Source: a bacterium
GTDB lineage: Bacteria; UBP6; UBA1177
Length of the DNA stretch: 64,000 nt
NCBI GenBank assembly: GCA_017645765.1
Contig: JAGCNV010000106.1
Span: 7,301-71,300, forward strand
Reading direction: 5' to 3'
Positions within the stretch are counted from its first letter, which is position 1; each line of letters opens with the position of its first letter. Both the position numbers and the translations under genes were made by a program. This document shows, in pieces, positions 47,452-56,875 of this stretch. The notes under the pieces are model-generated. The model did not search any database. It saw only the letters and a list, made by a program, of their open reading frames with translations, and was not told where the DNA came from.

Positions 47452-48663
47452 TTATTGAACCGGGCTGCAAGCTGTTACACCAAGCTGACTGGAAATGTCA
47501 CCGTTTCCGTCATAGTTTTTCGGGCTGTAAAGCGTTACGTTTCCGCTAAGAGCGATGTTGCCGTGGTTTGCATAATCACCAAGAGCTGAAATGTTTACAG
47601 TGCCTTCGCCGAAAGCGTGGAAGCAGGAGATCTGTTTAGTACTCCAGTTTACGTCAACAACATAAAGCATAGCCTGTGCACCCTGATAGAGAGAGGTGTT
47701 AAGAGAGCCTACAGTCGCATTTTCTTCAGGAATGTCAAGGATTACGAGCGGATTGCCGCCGACACCCTGACCACCTTGGTTGTAAACAGGAATCTGCTGA
47801 ACCTGAATGCTGTTTCCGTACTGAGCATCAACTGAATAAAATGCTGCTGACTGGATTCCTGCAACGCCAGCCGGAGAAACAGAAGCCGAACCGTTGCCGT
47901 AAGTTCCGGTTGCGAATGCAGACTGGGTAAGACCATTTGTGCTATTCTCATCATCAGTGTCGTTTGCAATCTGGTCAACCGAGAAATTGAGTGAAAGCGA
48001 CCCGTAAGGTGATTTGTAAGCTTCGTCAGCTGCTTCACCGCTGCCGCCGCCAGTGATAAGATTGCAAGCTTTGGTTTCTTCAAGGCAGTTGCTAACAACA
48101 CAATCTGAGAATTCTTCATTTGTTTGTGCGTTTGCACAGTTGTTTGACCAGCAGGTGTACATTGTCATGAACACATCCTGACCTGCAGGATCGCCGTTGT
48201 CAAGACATGCCTGAGCACATGCGTTGTCCTGGCACTGAGCGTAGCACTCATAAATGTCGTAGCAAGCTTCTGCAGCGCTGTTTCCGGGATTGGTTGTCGG
48301 ATCATTCGTCGGTTCAGTCGGGTTGGTCGGTTCTCCGTTGTTACCGCCATTGCCGTTGTCTCCGCCATTACCGTTGTCTCCGCCATTACCGTTGTCTCCG
48401 CCATTACCGTTGTCTCCGCCATTCTCTGAAGAAGCTTCGCAAGTACCTTTTTCCGAGTTGCATTTAGGTGTCGGATCCTGACAGTCTTTTGCAAGTGTCC
48501 AGAAGCCGTTGGAGCCACAGGAATAGAGAGCCTGTCCGTCACATTTGAACTGACCTGCATTACAGGTAGCGGAAGATGTACCGCCCTCATCTTCTACTTC
48601 ACTGCAGCTGATTACGAACATAGCTGCAATAAGAAGCATTGAAATCATCCAAAACTTTTTCAT
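47452..48663 (-). CDS. Cys-rich secreted lipoprotein with (GGDNGN)n and P/T-rich repeats
   Basis: Probable start 'MKKFWMISMLLIAAMFVISCSEV' (the track starts 36 nt earlier). 'GGDNGNGGDNGNGGDNGNGGDNGNGGNNGEPTNPTEPTNDPTTNP'. Confidence 0.6.
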   Translation of the reverse strand: MKKFWMISMLLIAAMFVISCSEVEDEGGTSSATCNAGQFKCDGQALYSCGSNGFWTLAKDCQDPTPKCNSEKGTCEASSENGGDNGNGGDNGNGGDNGNGGDNGNGGNNGEPTNPTEPTNDPTTNPGNSAAEACYDIYECYAQCQDNACAQACLDNGDPAGQDVFMTMYTCWSNNCANAQTNEEFSDCVVSNCLEETKACNLITGGGSGEAADEAYKSPYGSLSLNFSVDQIANDTDDENSTNGLTQSAFATGTYGNGSASVSPAGVAGIQSAAFYSVDAQYGNSIQVQQIPVYNQGGQGVGGNPLVILDIPEENATVGSLNTSLYQGAQAMLYVVDVNWSTKQISCFHAFGEGTVNISALGDYANHGNIALSGNVTLYSPKNYDGNGDISSQLGVTACSPVQ

Positions 48664-48805
48664 AAAAAACCTCCAAAAATAAAAAAATAAAAAAGCCAAA
48701 AACCAAGTAAACGGAGAAAGTATAGGCGCAAAACTTTTTAAGTCAAGCAGTAAACCAATTTGGGCAGGAAAAATCGCGTAATGTTCAATCGCTCAAACTG
48801 TTGAA

Positions 48806-48835
48806 ACAAAAAAGGCGGAGAGTTGCCCCTCCGCC
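48806..48835 (-). terminator. Rho-independent terminator after the DUF1015 gene
   Basis: GGCGGAG-agttgccc-CTCCGCC hairpin followed by TTTTTTG on the minus strand. Confidence 0.6.
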
Positions 48836-48861
48836 TGAAAAATCACCGGTTATCGTCTGGA

Positions 48862-50103
48862 TTAGTCAAGAATGTGGACAAGAAGTCCGCTTCTGAGTTT
48901 CGGTTCGAACCATGTCGATTTCGGCGGCATGATCCTGCCGGCGTCTGCAACGCTCATAAGCTGTTCGATCGAGGTCGGGAACATGCTGAAAGCCATCGTG
49001 CATTCGCCGCTGTCGACTCTCTTTTCGAGCTCTTCGGTTCCTCTGATTCCGCCAACGAAGTCAATTTTCTCGTCGCTTCTCGGATCGCCGATCCCAAGGA
49101 TGGGAGCGAGAAGGTTGTTCTGAAGAATTGCGACGTCAAGGCTTTCGATCGGGTCGTCAGCCGGGAAAGTGCCGTCTTTCGCTTTGATCGTGATCCATTT
49201 TTTATCCATGTAAAGGCCGAATTCCTTTGCGCATCTCGGTCTTGCTTCGCCTTCGCGCACGATTTCGAACTTTTCGAGAACTTTCTTCATGAACTCTTCT
49301 TTGGTGAGGCCGTTCATCGTAAGAAGGACTCTGTTGTAGTCGAGGATCTTGAGCTGGGTTGCCGGGAAGAAAACAGCGAGGAAGAAGTTGTATTCCTTTT
49401 CCGGGTTCCAGTGCGGATCGTTTTTCATTCTTTCAGCCTTTGCTCTTGCAGCACTTGCGCTTCTGTGGTGGCCGTCAGCAACGTAAAGAAGCGGAACTTC
49501 GTTGTAGAAAGTTCCCGTGATTTCGTTGTTGATCTTGTTGTCTTTGATTACCCAAACTGTGTGGCGGATGCCGTCGTCAGCCGTGAAATCGACTTCAGGA
49601 GTGTTCTTTACAACTTCCGCGACAAGCTCGTCGATGCGTTTGTTGTCTCTGTATGTAAGGAAAACAGGACCTGCGTTGATGTTGAGCTCGATTACGTGGC
49701 GGGTTCTGTCGTCTTCTTTTTTCTTACGGGTGAGCTCGTGCTTTTTGATGAGGTCGTTGTTGTAGTCATCAGCACTTGCGCAGCCTACGATACCGTACTG
49801 CTCGTGGCCGTTCATGACCTGACGGTAAATGTAAAGGTGCGGTTCCTTGTCCTGAACGAGAACGCCTTCCTTCATCATTTTCTGGAAGTTCTCTTTTCCT
49901 TTTGCATAGACACTGTCGTCATAGAGATCGGTTCCTTTCGGAAGGTCGATTTCGGGCTTGTTGATGTGAAGGAAAGAGATCGGATTGTCTTTTGCAAGTT
50001 CCCTTGCTTCTTCCGAATTGAGAACGTCATAAGGATAAGCCGCGACTTTGGAAGCGATTTCGTCACGCGGTCTGATAGCTCTGAAAGGTCTTACTGTTAC
50101 CAT
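48862..50103 (-). CDS. DUF1015 family protein
   Basis: Hallmark N-terminus 'MVTVRPFRAIRP'. 413 aa. Confidence 0.85.
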   Translation of the reverse strand: MVTVRPFRAIRPRDEIASKVAAYPYDVLNSEEARELAKDNPISFLHINKPEIDLPKGTDLYDDSVYAKGKENFQKMMKEGVLVQDKEPHLYIYRQVMNGHEQYGIVGCASADDYNNDLIKKHELTRKKKEDDRTRHVIELNINAGPVFLTYRDNKRIDELVAEVVKNTPEVDFTADDGIRHTVWVIKDNKINNEITGTFYNEVPLLYVADGHHRSASAARAKAERMKNDPHWNPEKEYNFFLAVFFPATQLKILDYNRVLLTMNGLTKEEFMKKVLEKFEIVREGEARPRCAKEFGLYMDKKWITIKAKDGTFPADDPIESLDVAILQNNLLAPILGIGDPRSDEKIDFVGGIRGTEELEKRVDSGECTMAFSMFPTSIEQLMSVADAGRIMPPKSTWFEPKLRSGLLVHILD

Positions 50104-50188
50104 GGATTCCCCCTAAAATTTAAAAGTTAATAAACAGAAAACGGCACTTCTTATTATTGTAGCACCTTTTTGTCAAGTCTCCGGGAAC

Positions 50189-50358
50189 AGGGAATCTAAG
50201 GAATCTAAGGAATCTAGGGAATCTAAGGAATCTAGGGAATCTAAGGAGTCTAGGGAATCTAGGGAATCTAGGGAATCTAAGGAGTCTAGGGAATCTAGGG
50301 AACTAAGATCCCTAAACACCCTAAACACCCTAGACACCTTAAACTCCCTACTCCCTAA
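50189..50358. repeat. 9-bp microsatellite array: about 13 copies of GAATCTARG followed by about 5 CCCTAAACA-type units
   Basis: Read directly from the sequence: ggaatctaaggaatctaaggaatctagggaatctaagg...ccctaaacaccctaaacaccctagacacc. Confidence 0.95.
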
Positions 50359-50867
50359 CAGTTCAAATACCCGACCAGTTTTCCGAACGATTCCTCGACT
50401 GTTTCGTTATCGGTTTTTATCGTGATTTCCGGTTTTAGCGGTGCTTCGTAGGGATCGTCGATTCCTGTGAAAGAGGTGATTTCCCCTTTTCTAGCCTTTT
50501 TGTAGAGTCCTTTCACATCGCGTTTTTCGCAAACTTCAAGGGAAGTCGAGACATAGACTTCGACAAAATTTCTGCACATTTTTCTGACAAAATCGCGTGA
50601 TTCTCGGTAAGGTGAAATAAACGATGCCACAACCGTAACACCGTTGCGCTCGAGCATTGAAGCGAGAAAACCCATCCGTTTCACGTGCTCATCGCGGTCT
50701 TTTTTGGAAAATCCGGTCTGCGGAAAGATGTTTCTCACTGTGTCACCGTCAAGAAGCTCGCATTTTACGCCCGAATTTTTGAGATAAGTTACAAGTTTTT
50801 CTGCCAGAGTCGTTTTCCCTGCTCCCGAAAGACCGGTAAACCAGATGACGCGGGCTTTTTCAGTCAT
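50355..50867 (-). CDS. cysC: Adenylylsulfate (APS) kinase
   Basis: 'VIWFTGLSGAGKTTLA', 'LDGDTVRN', 'ASFISPYRESRDFVR' and 'KGLYKKARKGEITSFTGIDDPYEAP'. Confidence 0.9.
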   Translation of the reverse strand: MTEKARVIWFTGLSGAGKTTLAEKLVTYLKNSGVKCELLDGDTVRNIFPQTGFSKKDRDEHVKRMGFLASMLERNGVTVVASFISPYRESRDFVRKMCRNFVEVYVSTSLEVCEKRDVKGLYKKARKGEITSFTGIDDPYEAPLKPEITIKTDNETVEESFGKLVGYLNC

Positions 50868-51411
50868 TTTTTTCCCCGTTTTCGGTTTTTACAGCGTTTT
50901 CATCGGTTTTCGGCACAGCAGTTTCAGCCGGTTCAGATTCAGATTCGGCAGGCTTTTGTTCCGGAGACGTTTCAGATGACGTTTCTACAGGTTCTGCCGG
51001 TTCCGCCTTTTTCTCTTCCGTTATGAAAACCAGAATCTGCGGTAAAATACTTTCAACATCAAGAGGCAGAAACGAAGCCGGCAGTTCGTTGTCACCTATA
51101 TTGCGGCTGATTTCCCCCGCTTTTTCGGATGAAAAATCGAAATTTATCACAAGATCTTCATTTTTCACTTTTCTAAGTTCGAAAAAATTGCCGCTGACTT
51201 TCACTTCGATATGGTCTATATTTTCAGAAACAAGCACTTGATCCGGAGGAATCTTAGTGTTGATTTTTACGGAATAGACTTTGTTGACCGGCTTGAAACA
51301 GACTGCAACAAGCATCACAACTGCCGTACAGAGCACCGACAGTAATTTTTCGCGGAGATTGTGGGTGAAAGCCCTTTTTATAAAGCCTTGTTTTTGTGTC
51401 GTTATCTTCAT
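50860..51411 (-). CDS. cdaR: YbbR-like domain protein (CdaR-like regulator of diadenylate cyclase) with an acidic C-terminal tail
   Basis: N-terminal TM segment and a single YbbR-like beta domain. Positioned between cdaA and the next gene, as in cdaA-cdaR operons. Confidence 0.55.
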   Translation of the reverse strand: MKITTQKQGFIKRAFTHNLREKLLSVLCTAVVMLVAVCFKPVNKVYSVKINTKIPPDQVLVSENIDHIEVKVSGNFFELRKVKNEDLVINFDFSSEKAGEISRNIGDNELPASFLPLDVESILPQILVFITEEKKAEPAEPVETSSETSPEQKPAESESEPAETAVPKTDENAVKTENGEKND

Positions 51412-51420
51412 GAAAATCTC

Positions 51421-52212
51421 CTAAAGTCTGTTTGCCAGCTGCTGTTTGAGTGCGTCTTTGCTGAGGTCTCGCGTGATCCTGCCGCCGTGAAGAAGCGAAA
51501 TCTCGCCTCTCTCCTCGCTGACTACGATGACAAGCGCGTCAGGGACTTTTTCGCTGATACCGTAAGCTGCACGGTGTCTTGTTCCGAAATTCGGGTCGAT
51601 ATCAGGATTCGTACTGAGCGAGAAGAATACGGAAGCCCTTGAAATCCTTCTGTTTTTAATGATTACCGCACCGTCATGCAGCGGTGAATTTTTCTTGAAA
51701 ATCGTAAGAAGAAGCTCTCTCGTGATAAGAGAATCGATCTCAGTTCCTTCCGCTATTGCACCGAGTTTTGCATCTGTAGAAGGCATGATAACGACGAGAG
51801 CGCCTTCACGAACCGAAGCAAGATAATCCATCGCATTCGCAATGTGGCTTATAACGTCCTCTTCACCCGAATATTCCTCCTGTTTCATAGTAACGTTCAG
51901 AATACTCATCGAAGCGAGCATATTCTTGATTTCATTACGGAAAACAACAATTATCAGCACCGCGGCGTAGGAAAAGAAATTCCCGAGAAGCCACTCGATA
52001 CCAGTAAGATCGAAAATCCTCGCAAAAAGATAAAATAAAGCCAAAAGCGCGAATCCGACCGTCACTCTGACAGATTTACTGTCCTTGATCTCGACAAAAA
52101 AGAGATAAAAAATGAAGTAAATGCAGCAGAAATCAACGGCAGCTTTAAAAATGAAAAGCGGCAGTGGCGAACTTCCAGCAATATCGCCCAAAAATTCAGA
52201 AAAAGTTAACAT
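51421..52212 (-). CDS. cdaA: Diadenylate cyclase CdaA (c-di-AMP synthase)
   Basis: 3 N-terminal TM segments and a DAC domain: 'DGAVIIKNRRISRASVFFSLSTNP' and 'GTRHRAAYGISEKVPDALVIVVSEERGEISL'. Confidence 0.9.
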   Translation of the reverse strand: MLTFSEFLGDIAGSSPLPLFIFKAAVDFCCIYFIFYLFFVEIKDSKSVRVTVGFALLALFYLFARIFDLTGIEWLLGNFFSYAAVLIIVVFRNEIKNMLASMSILNVTMKQEEYSGEEDVISHIANAMDYLASVREGALVVIMPSTDAKLGAIAEGTEIDSLITRELLLTIFKKNSPLHDGAVIIKNRRISRASVFFSLSTNPDIDPNFGTRHRAAYGISEKVPDALVIVVSEERGEISLLHGGRITRDLSKDALKQQLANRL

Positions 52213-53399
52213 GACGGCTCCTTTAAAGCGTTGAATATTTCCAAAGTATCTTTTGCTTCTTTGACATCGTGGACTCTGATCACCGCAGCACCCTTTTCCA
52301 AAGCGATGGTATCGAGTACGACAGTTCCGGCGAGCCTTTCAAGCGGATCTTTCCTGCCGGTGAGCGCTCCGATCATGCTTTTTCGGCTCAACCCCACCAT
52401 AACAGGCTCAAGGAATGCGTGAAAAACTTCCAGATGTTTTATTATCGCCAGATTGTGCTCAAGCGTTTTGCCGAAACCGATTCCGGGATCAATTATGATT
52501 TTGCTTTCACTAAGACCTTTTGAAAGCAGCATTTCTTTTGATTTCTTGAAAAAATCGAGCATTTCGCCGAACAGATTTCCGTAAACCGGATTTTCCTGCA
52601 TATCTTTAGGCGATCCTTTGATATGGCCGATCACAACAGGCTTTCCTGCACCGGCGCAGACTGAAGCCATTTCGGAATCAAAAGTGAGACCGCTCACATC
52701 GTTCACGATCTCGGCACCTGCGTTAATCGCAGCTTTTGCCACCGAACTTTTCACCGTATCGATTGAAATCACAGCCTTAGGAAACTGCTTTTTTATCTCG
52801 CTGATTACAGGAACGACGCGCCTTTTCTCGGTTTCGGCATCGACCGGATCACTTCCCGGGCGTGTCGATTCGCCGCCGACATCAATTATATCGGCACCGT
52901 TTTCAACCATTTCGGAAACATGTTTCAAAGCGGCATCGATATCCGTCCAGCTTCCGCCGTCCGAAAAAGAATCGGGAGTAACATTCAGAATGCCCATGAT
53001 ATTCGGCCGCGTTGTGTCGATCCCGGGGTGTGAAAAAGAAAACCACGGCTTCTGAGATCCGACAAATTTTTCAATAAAATCCGCAACTTGAGACAGTTTC
53101 CAGCATTGAGCCTTCATCCTTGCGGCAAATTCAGAAATTTTGTCGCTTCTGAGTGAAAAAACAAAATCACTTTTCGGTTGAGAGCAGTTTACGGCATGTG
53201 CCGGAACGGCAGCCTCGCCGCCCAAAGCAAGAACCTGCTGTTTCACGACATTAGCCGCCGGAGTCGAGATCTCCGACACCATGAAAGTTTTCACTGAAAA
53301 ACGTCCGCGCATGATCGTCGTTCCGACTTCGGAGACACCGATCTTTTTCATCAGAGAACCGTATTCTTCGTCAATAACATTGAAAGGAAAGACCTGCAT
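52206..53399 (-). CDS. folP: Dihydropteroate synthase with a roughly 130-aa N-terminal extension
   Basis: 'GILNVTPDSFSDGG' and 'IIDVGGESTRPG' pterin-binding motifs. The N-terminal 130 aa have unknown function. Confidence 0.85.
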   Translation of the reverse strand: MQVFPFNVIDEEYGSLMKKIGVSEVGTTIMRGRFSVKTFMVSEISTPAANVVKQQVLALGGEAAVPAHAVNCSQPKSDFVFSLRSDKISEFAARMKAQCWKLSQVADFIEKFVGSQKPWFSFSHPGIDTTRPNIMGILNVTPDSFSDGGSWTDIDAALKHVSEMVENGADIIDVGGESTRPGSDPVDAETEKRRVVPVISEIKKQFPKAVISIDTVKSSVAKAAINAGAEIVNDVSGLTFDSEMASVCAGAGKPVVIGHIKGSPKDMQENPVYGNLFGEMLDFFKKSKEMLLSKGLSESKIIIDPGIGFGKTLEHNLAIIKHLEVFHAFLEPVMVGLSRKSMIGALTGRKDPLERLAGTVVLDTIALEKGAAVIRVHDVKEAKDTLEIFNALKEPSC

Positions 53400-53494
53400 T
53401 TGAGCCTCAAAACAAAAAACCGCTGAATTTTACGAGTTATACTGAACAAGTCAAATGAAAGGGATTACAGAGACGCAACAGCACGTCTCATTAT

Positions 53495-55072
53495 TTATTT
53501 CGGAGCGATACCGGGTTTGCCGGCCATTTCGTACCATTGAAAGTTGTCAAGCAGAACCATACTGTCGAGAACGTGGTCTCTCGTGTCCCAGATCGCCATT
53601 CTGAGTTTGAACTCTTCGCCGGGAACGATGTTGCCTCTGACTTCAAGCCATCCCGTTGCACCGTGAGCATTTTCCATTGTAACAGCGCCGATCACGCCGC
53701 CGGGGCACTGGTTCGGAGTGAAAGGAGTTCCTTTGAGCTCTTCATCGCCCTGACAGCTCGGGAAAGCGTTTCTCGGGCAGCAGACAGTGAAAAGTCCCGA
53801 TTTCGCAAGATTTATGCCGAGCGGATTGCCGAGGCTGTCCATCGCGATATTTTTGTCGGCAGGATTCTGAAGACTCGGATCTGTCGTTGTGAAAGCGGTA
53901 TCGAGAAGCATGACAAAATAGTCGTTGAACTTGCAGACATACGTCGGGAACTCACTGCTGAGATAATAAACACCCAAACCGAAAGCCTCTGCGTTTTTCG
54001 GAGCGCGGATCACTAGTTCAAGCATTACCGGATCGTTTACTGGCGGCTTGCCGGGGTCACTGTCTTGCATAAGCCCGCTGCATGCCGGCGAATCCGGGAA
54101 ACTTACTCCGCCGTTTGCCTGAAACCAGTCAGCCGGGGCCTCACTCGAAGTTCCGTTGTCAACTGAAAATTCATCCTGACCGGCAGTTACCTTACCTGTC
54201 GAAAAGGCAAGGAACGATGTTCCAGCTTTCGGTTTCAAAACATTGCCGTAACCGGTAAGAACAGCATGCTGCTGAGCCGGGATCGTGCCTTCCGTTCCGT
54301 CAGGGAAAAGAAGTTTTGCACTTACTACGCCGAATGATTTGTCGTCAACCACCGGGCAAAGGTCGATTGACTGCGCCATATCCATCGGATTCGTTGTCTC
54401 GGTCATAATTCCGGAGTCACACGGAGAAACCGATTCGTCTATGTGACCGTCGCAGTTGTCGTCAACACCGTTCATCTGTACTTCATACGAAGATGGATTG
54501 ACTTTTTCAGGATCGGCATTGCAGTCCCATGTCGTTTCACAGCAGTCGCCGGAGCAGTAAGTGTAGCCGTCCCCGTCGATATCTTTGGCATTTTCCGGCG
54601 TAACATCTTCGCCGTCGCAGTCCTGGTCTATACCGTCACTGCATATTTCGGGTTTCGGCAGGACCTGATCCCTGCATTCGCTCCAGTCTGTTCCGTCTTC
54701 GACACACTCGGCGATACCGGCTTTGCATATACCGACACCTTCCGTGCCGCTCGGACCTTCGTAACACGGACGAGTTTCTCCGGGAGTGCACGTAACATAG
54801 ATTCCTCCATGAGCTGGTTCGTCCGTGTTTCCGCCAGAATTGTTGCCGCCACCGTTCTGATTTCCGCCTTCCTGATTGCCGCCTTCATTGTTTTCGTCAG
54901 TTTCTCCTTTGTCTCCGGAATTGTTTTCCGGAATACATTCGCCAAGCCCCTGATCACAGACAAAACCGCTTGCGCAGTCCTCGTTCTGTTCACAGGATTC
55001 ACCGCCGCTGCCGCATGAAACCATGAAAACAAGCGACAAAAACATAATAGAAACAAGAGCAATTTTCTTCAT
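53495..55072 (-). CDS. Cys-rich secreted lipoprotein with a (GGNQ)n linker and DxDxDCDG-type putative metal-binding motifs
   Basis: Lipobox 'VFMVSCGSG'. 'SDGIDQDCDGEDV' and 'VDDNCDGHIDE'. Confidence 0.6.
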   Translation of the reverse strand: MKKIALVSIMFLSLVFMVSCGSGGESCEQNEDCASGFVCDQGLGECIPENNSGDKGETDENNEGGNQEGGNQNGGGNNSGGNTDEPAHGGIYVTCTPGETRPCYEGPSGTEGVGICKAGIAECVEDGTDWSECRDQVLPKPEICSDGIDQDCDGEDVTPENAKDIDGDGYTYCSGDCCETTWDCNADPEKVNPSSYEVQMNGVDDNCDGHIDESVSPCDSGIMTETTNPMDMAQSIDLCPVVDDKSFGVVSAKLLFPDGTEGTIPAQQHAVLTGYGNVLKPKAGTSFLAFSTGKVTAGQDEFSVDNGTSSEAPADWFQANGGVSFPDSPACSGLMQDSDPGKPPVNDPVMLELVIRAPKNAEAFGLGVYYLSSEFPTYVCKFNDYFVMLLDTAFTTTDPSLQNPADKNIAMDSLGNPLGINLAKSGLFTVCCPRNAFPSCQGDEELKGTPFTPNQCPGGVIGAVTMENAHGATGWLEVRGNIVPGEEFKLRMAIWDTRDHVLDSMVLLDNFQWYEMAGKPGIAPK

Positions 55073-55168
55073 TTCTGCCTCCTAACAGCAAAAAAATACC
55101 GAAAGATTTTACAGATAAACCAATTTTATGCAATCAAAAAAAGATATTTTGAGATATAAAATTCAGAA

Positions 55169-56875
55169 CTACTTCCTTTTTACCGGAATCTCAAGGATAA
55201 ACGCCGCACCGCCGAGAGAGGAATCTCCGACATAAAGTTTTCCGCCCGCTTCAACAGCAAGTTTTCTTGAATGACTCAGTCCTATTCCAGTACCGCCGGG
55301 CTTTTTGGTATAAAAATTTTTGAATATCGCCTCCCGCTCGCTCTGAGGAATTCCACGTCCCGAATCTTCGACCGAAATGACCGCAAAACTGCCGTTTCTA
55401 CTGAGGTTAACAGCTATTTTTCCGCCGTTTTCGAGTTCTTCCCAGGCGTTTTTCAGCAGATTGAGCATAATTTCCTTGAATGATGAAAGCGAAACCGAGA
55501 TCGAAATCGGCTCGCATTTACCGACAGAAAGTTCTATATTTCTCTTCTTGAGTTCCGGAAGATGAAAAGAAAGAAACTCGACGATATCCGAAGGAAGGGA
55601 GACTCCGCTTTCGCCGGCACCGTTCCTGTTGTAATTTACCATCCCCATATACTTGTTCGTGATCTGTTCAAGCCGCTCGACTTCGCTTACGACCAAAGAA
55701 AGAAGCTGTTTCTTTTCTTCAGGCTCGGTTTTGCCGATATTTTCAAGCAGATAGTCGCTGTTCATCTTGATCGTGTTGAGCGGATTCCTGATTTCGTGAG
55801 TGATGCGCGCCGCCATTTCGCCGATCGAAGCAAGGCGCTCTGAATTGAGCAGTTTACTCGAAAGCTCTTCCGACTTTGTTATATTCCTTATAATATAAAA
55901 GGTTTCAGTCTGCCCGAGAGAAACCGAAAGCTGATAAGTTTCATCTCCGTTCGTGAACTTGCCTTCCGCACCGTCGGTCCCGACTTTGTCAAAAACGGTT
56001 TTCATCTCTTCGCCGATAAACGATCCGTCCACGCCGAACCACTCCTTCATAGTCTTGTTCACGAAAGTCACGCGCCCTGAAGCTGCGGCCGAAAGCCCTT
56101 CCGGAATGGCGTTGAGAAGATCTTCCTTTCTCTTTCCGACGATCTGTTCACGGGCATACTTTTTCCCGATTTCGTCAAGCTCCGAACTTTTCGCCTCGGT
56201 CAGCCTTTTTATCTCTTCCGCAGCGGCATCAGCCGAAGCGTTCTCGCTCAAACCTATTAAAGAAAGCAGCCGGCCGGCGTTTTTCCTCTTTTTCAAAAGA
56301 AGAACTGTAAGAATCAGAGTTATCAGAAAAAACAGCGCTGAAACAGCTATAACGGTTTTGTTGATGAAATCCTGCCACACAAGATAGCTGTATTTCAAAA
56401 CACCGAGTTTCTGACGAGCCGCAAGATCGATCATATCTTTCAAAGTAGAAATATCGCTGTGCATAACCGCGATGATCTGCGGTTTCTCCTCTGCCGGAGA
56501 TTCGGCAAGCAGTTCACCTTTAGCAGCAATTTTACCGGCAAAATCCTCAATTCTCGTCAAAAAATCACCTATGCTTTCATCCTTCAGGAACGATGCGTCC
56601 CTGCTTACGGACTTCAGAGCCGCCTGCAGGAAATCATTCATCAGTTCGTTTGCTTCAGATTTTTCATAAAGAACGATAAAATTGTCCAAAGAGTCGAGCT
56701 CAGCCTTAAAACTGCCGATATTTGCAAAAACAGGACTCTCTTTTTCTATCGCGCCGCTCAAACCTTCCGGGTCGGCAAAGTTCAGACAGACAAAAATAAA
56801 GAGTAAAAACGAAAATAAAAGAGGTAAAAAGGTAAGGAACTTATTCTTCAATCTCGCCTGAGACCGCAGTGTCAC
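55169..56875 (-). CDS. Sensor histidine kinase (orphan; no adjacent response regulator)
   Basis: Two TM segments. H-box 'MAARITHEIRNPLNTI'. C-terminal HATPase_c 'GGTGIGLSHSRKL'. Confidence 0.85.
   Translation of the reverse strand: MTLRSQARLKNKFLTFLPLLFSFLLFIFVCLNFADPEGLSGAIEKESPVFANIGSFKAELDSLDNFIVLYEKSEANELMNDFLQAALKSVSRDASFLKDESIGDFLTRIEDFAGKIAAKGELLAESPAEEKPQIIAVMHSDISTLKDMIDLAARQKLGVLKYSYLVWQDFINKTVIAVSALFFLITLILTVLLLKKRKNAGRLLSLIGLSENASADAAAEEIKRLTEAKSSELDEIGKKYAREQIVGKRKEDLLNAIPEGLSAAASGRVTFVNKTMKEWFGVDGSFIGEEMKTVFDKVGTDGAEGKFTNGDETYQLSVSLGQTETFYIIRNITKSEELSSKLLNSERLASIGEMAARITHEIRNPLNTIKMNSDYLLENIGKTEPEEKKQLLSLVVSEVERLEQITNKYMGMVNYNRNGAGESGVSLPSDIVEFLSFHLPELKKRNIELSVGKCEPISISVSLSSFKEIMLNLLKNAWEELENGGKIAVNLSRNGSFAVISVEDSGRGIPQSEREAIFKNFYTKKPGGTGIGLSHSRKLAVEAGGKLYVGDSSLGGAAFILEIPVKRK

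Noticed and set aside
48823-50130. 435-aa plus-strand ORF overlapping the DUF1015 gene
   Set aside because: It has no recognisable motifs and is compositionally biased (V/F/R-rich). The minus-strand ORF has the unmistakable DUF1015 N-terminus 'MVTVRPFRAIRP'.
50189-50358. Possible CRISPR array or DnaA-box cluster
   Set aside because: The unit is only 9 bp and there are no spacers, so it cannot be a CRISPR array. The unit (GAATCTARG) does not match the DnaA-box consensus TTATCCACA or its reverse complement. No dnaA or dnaN is nearby.
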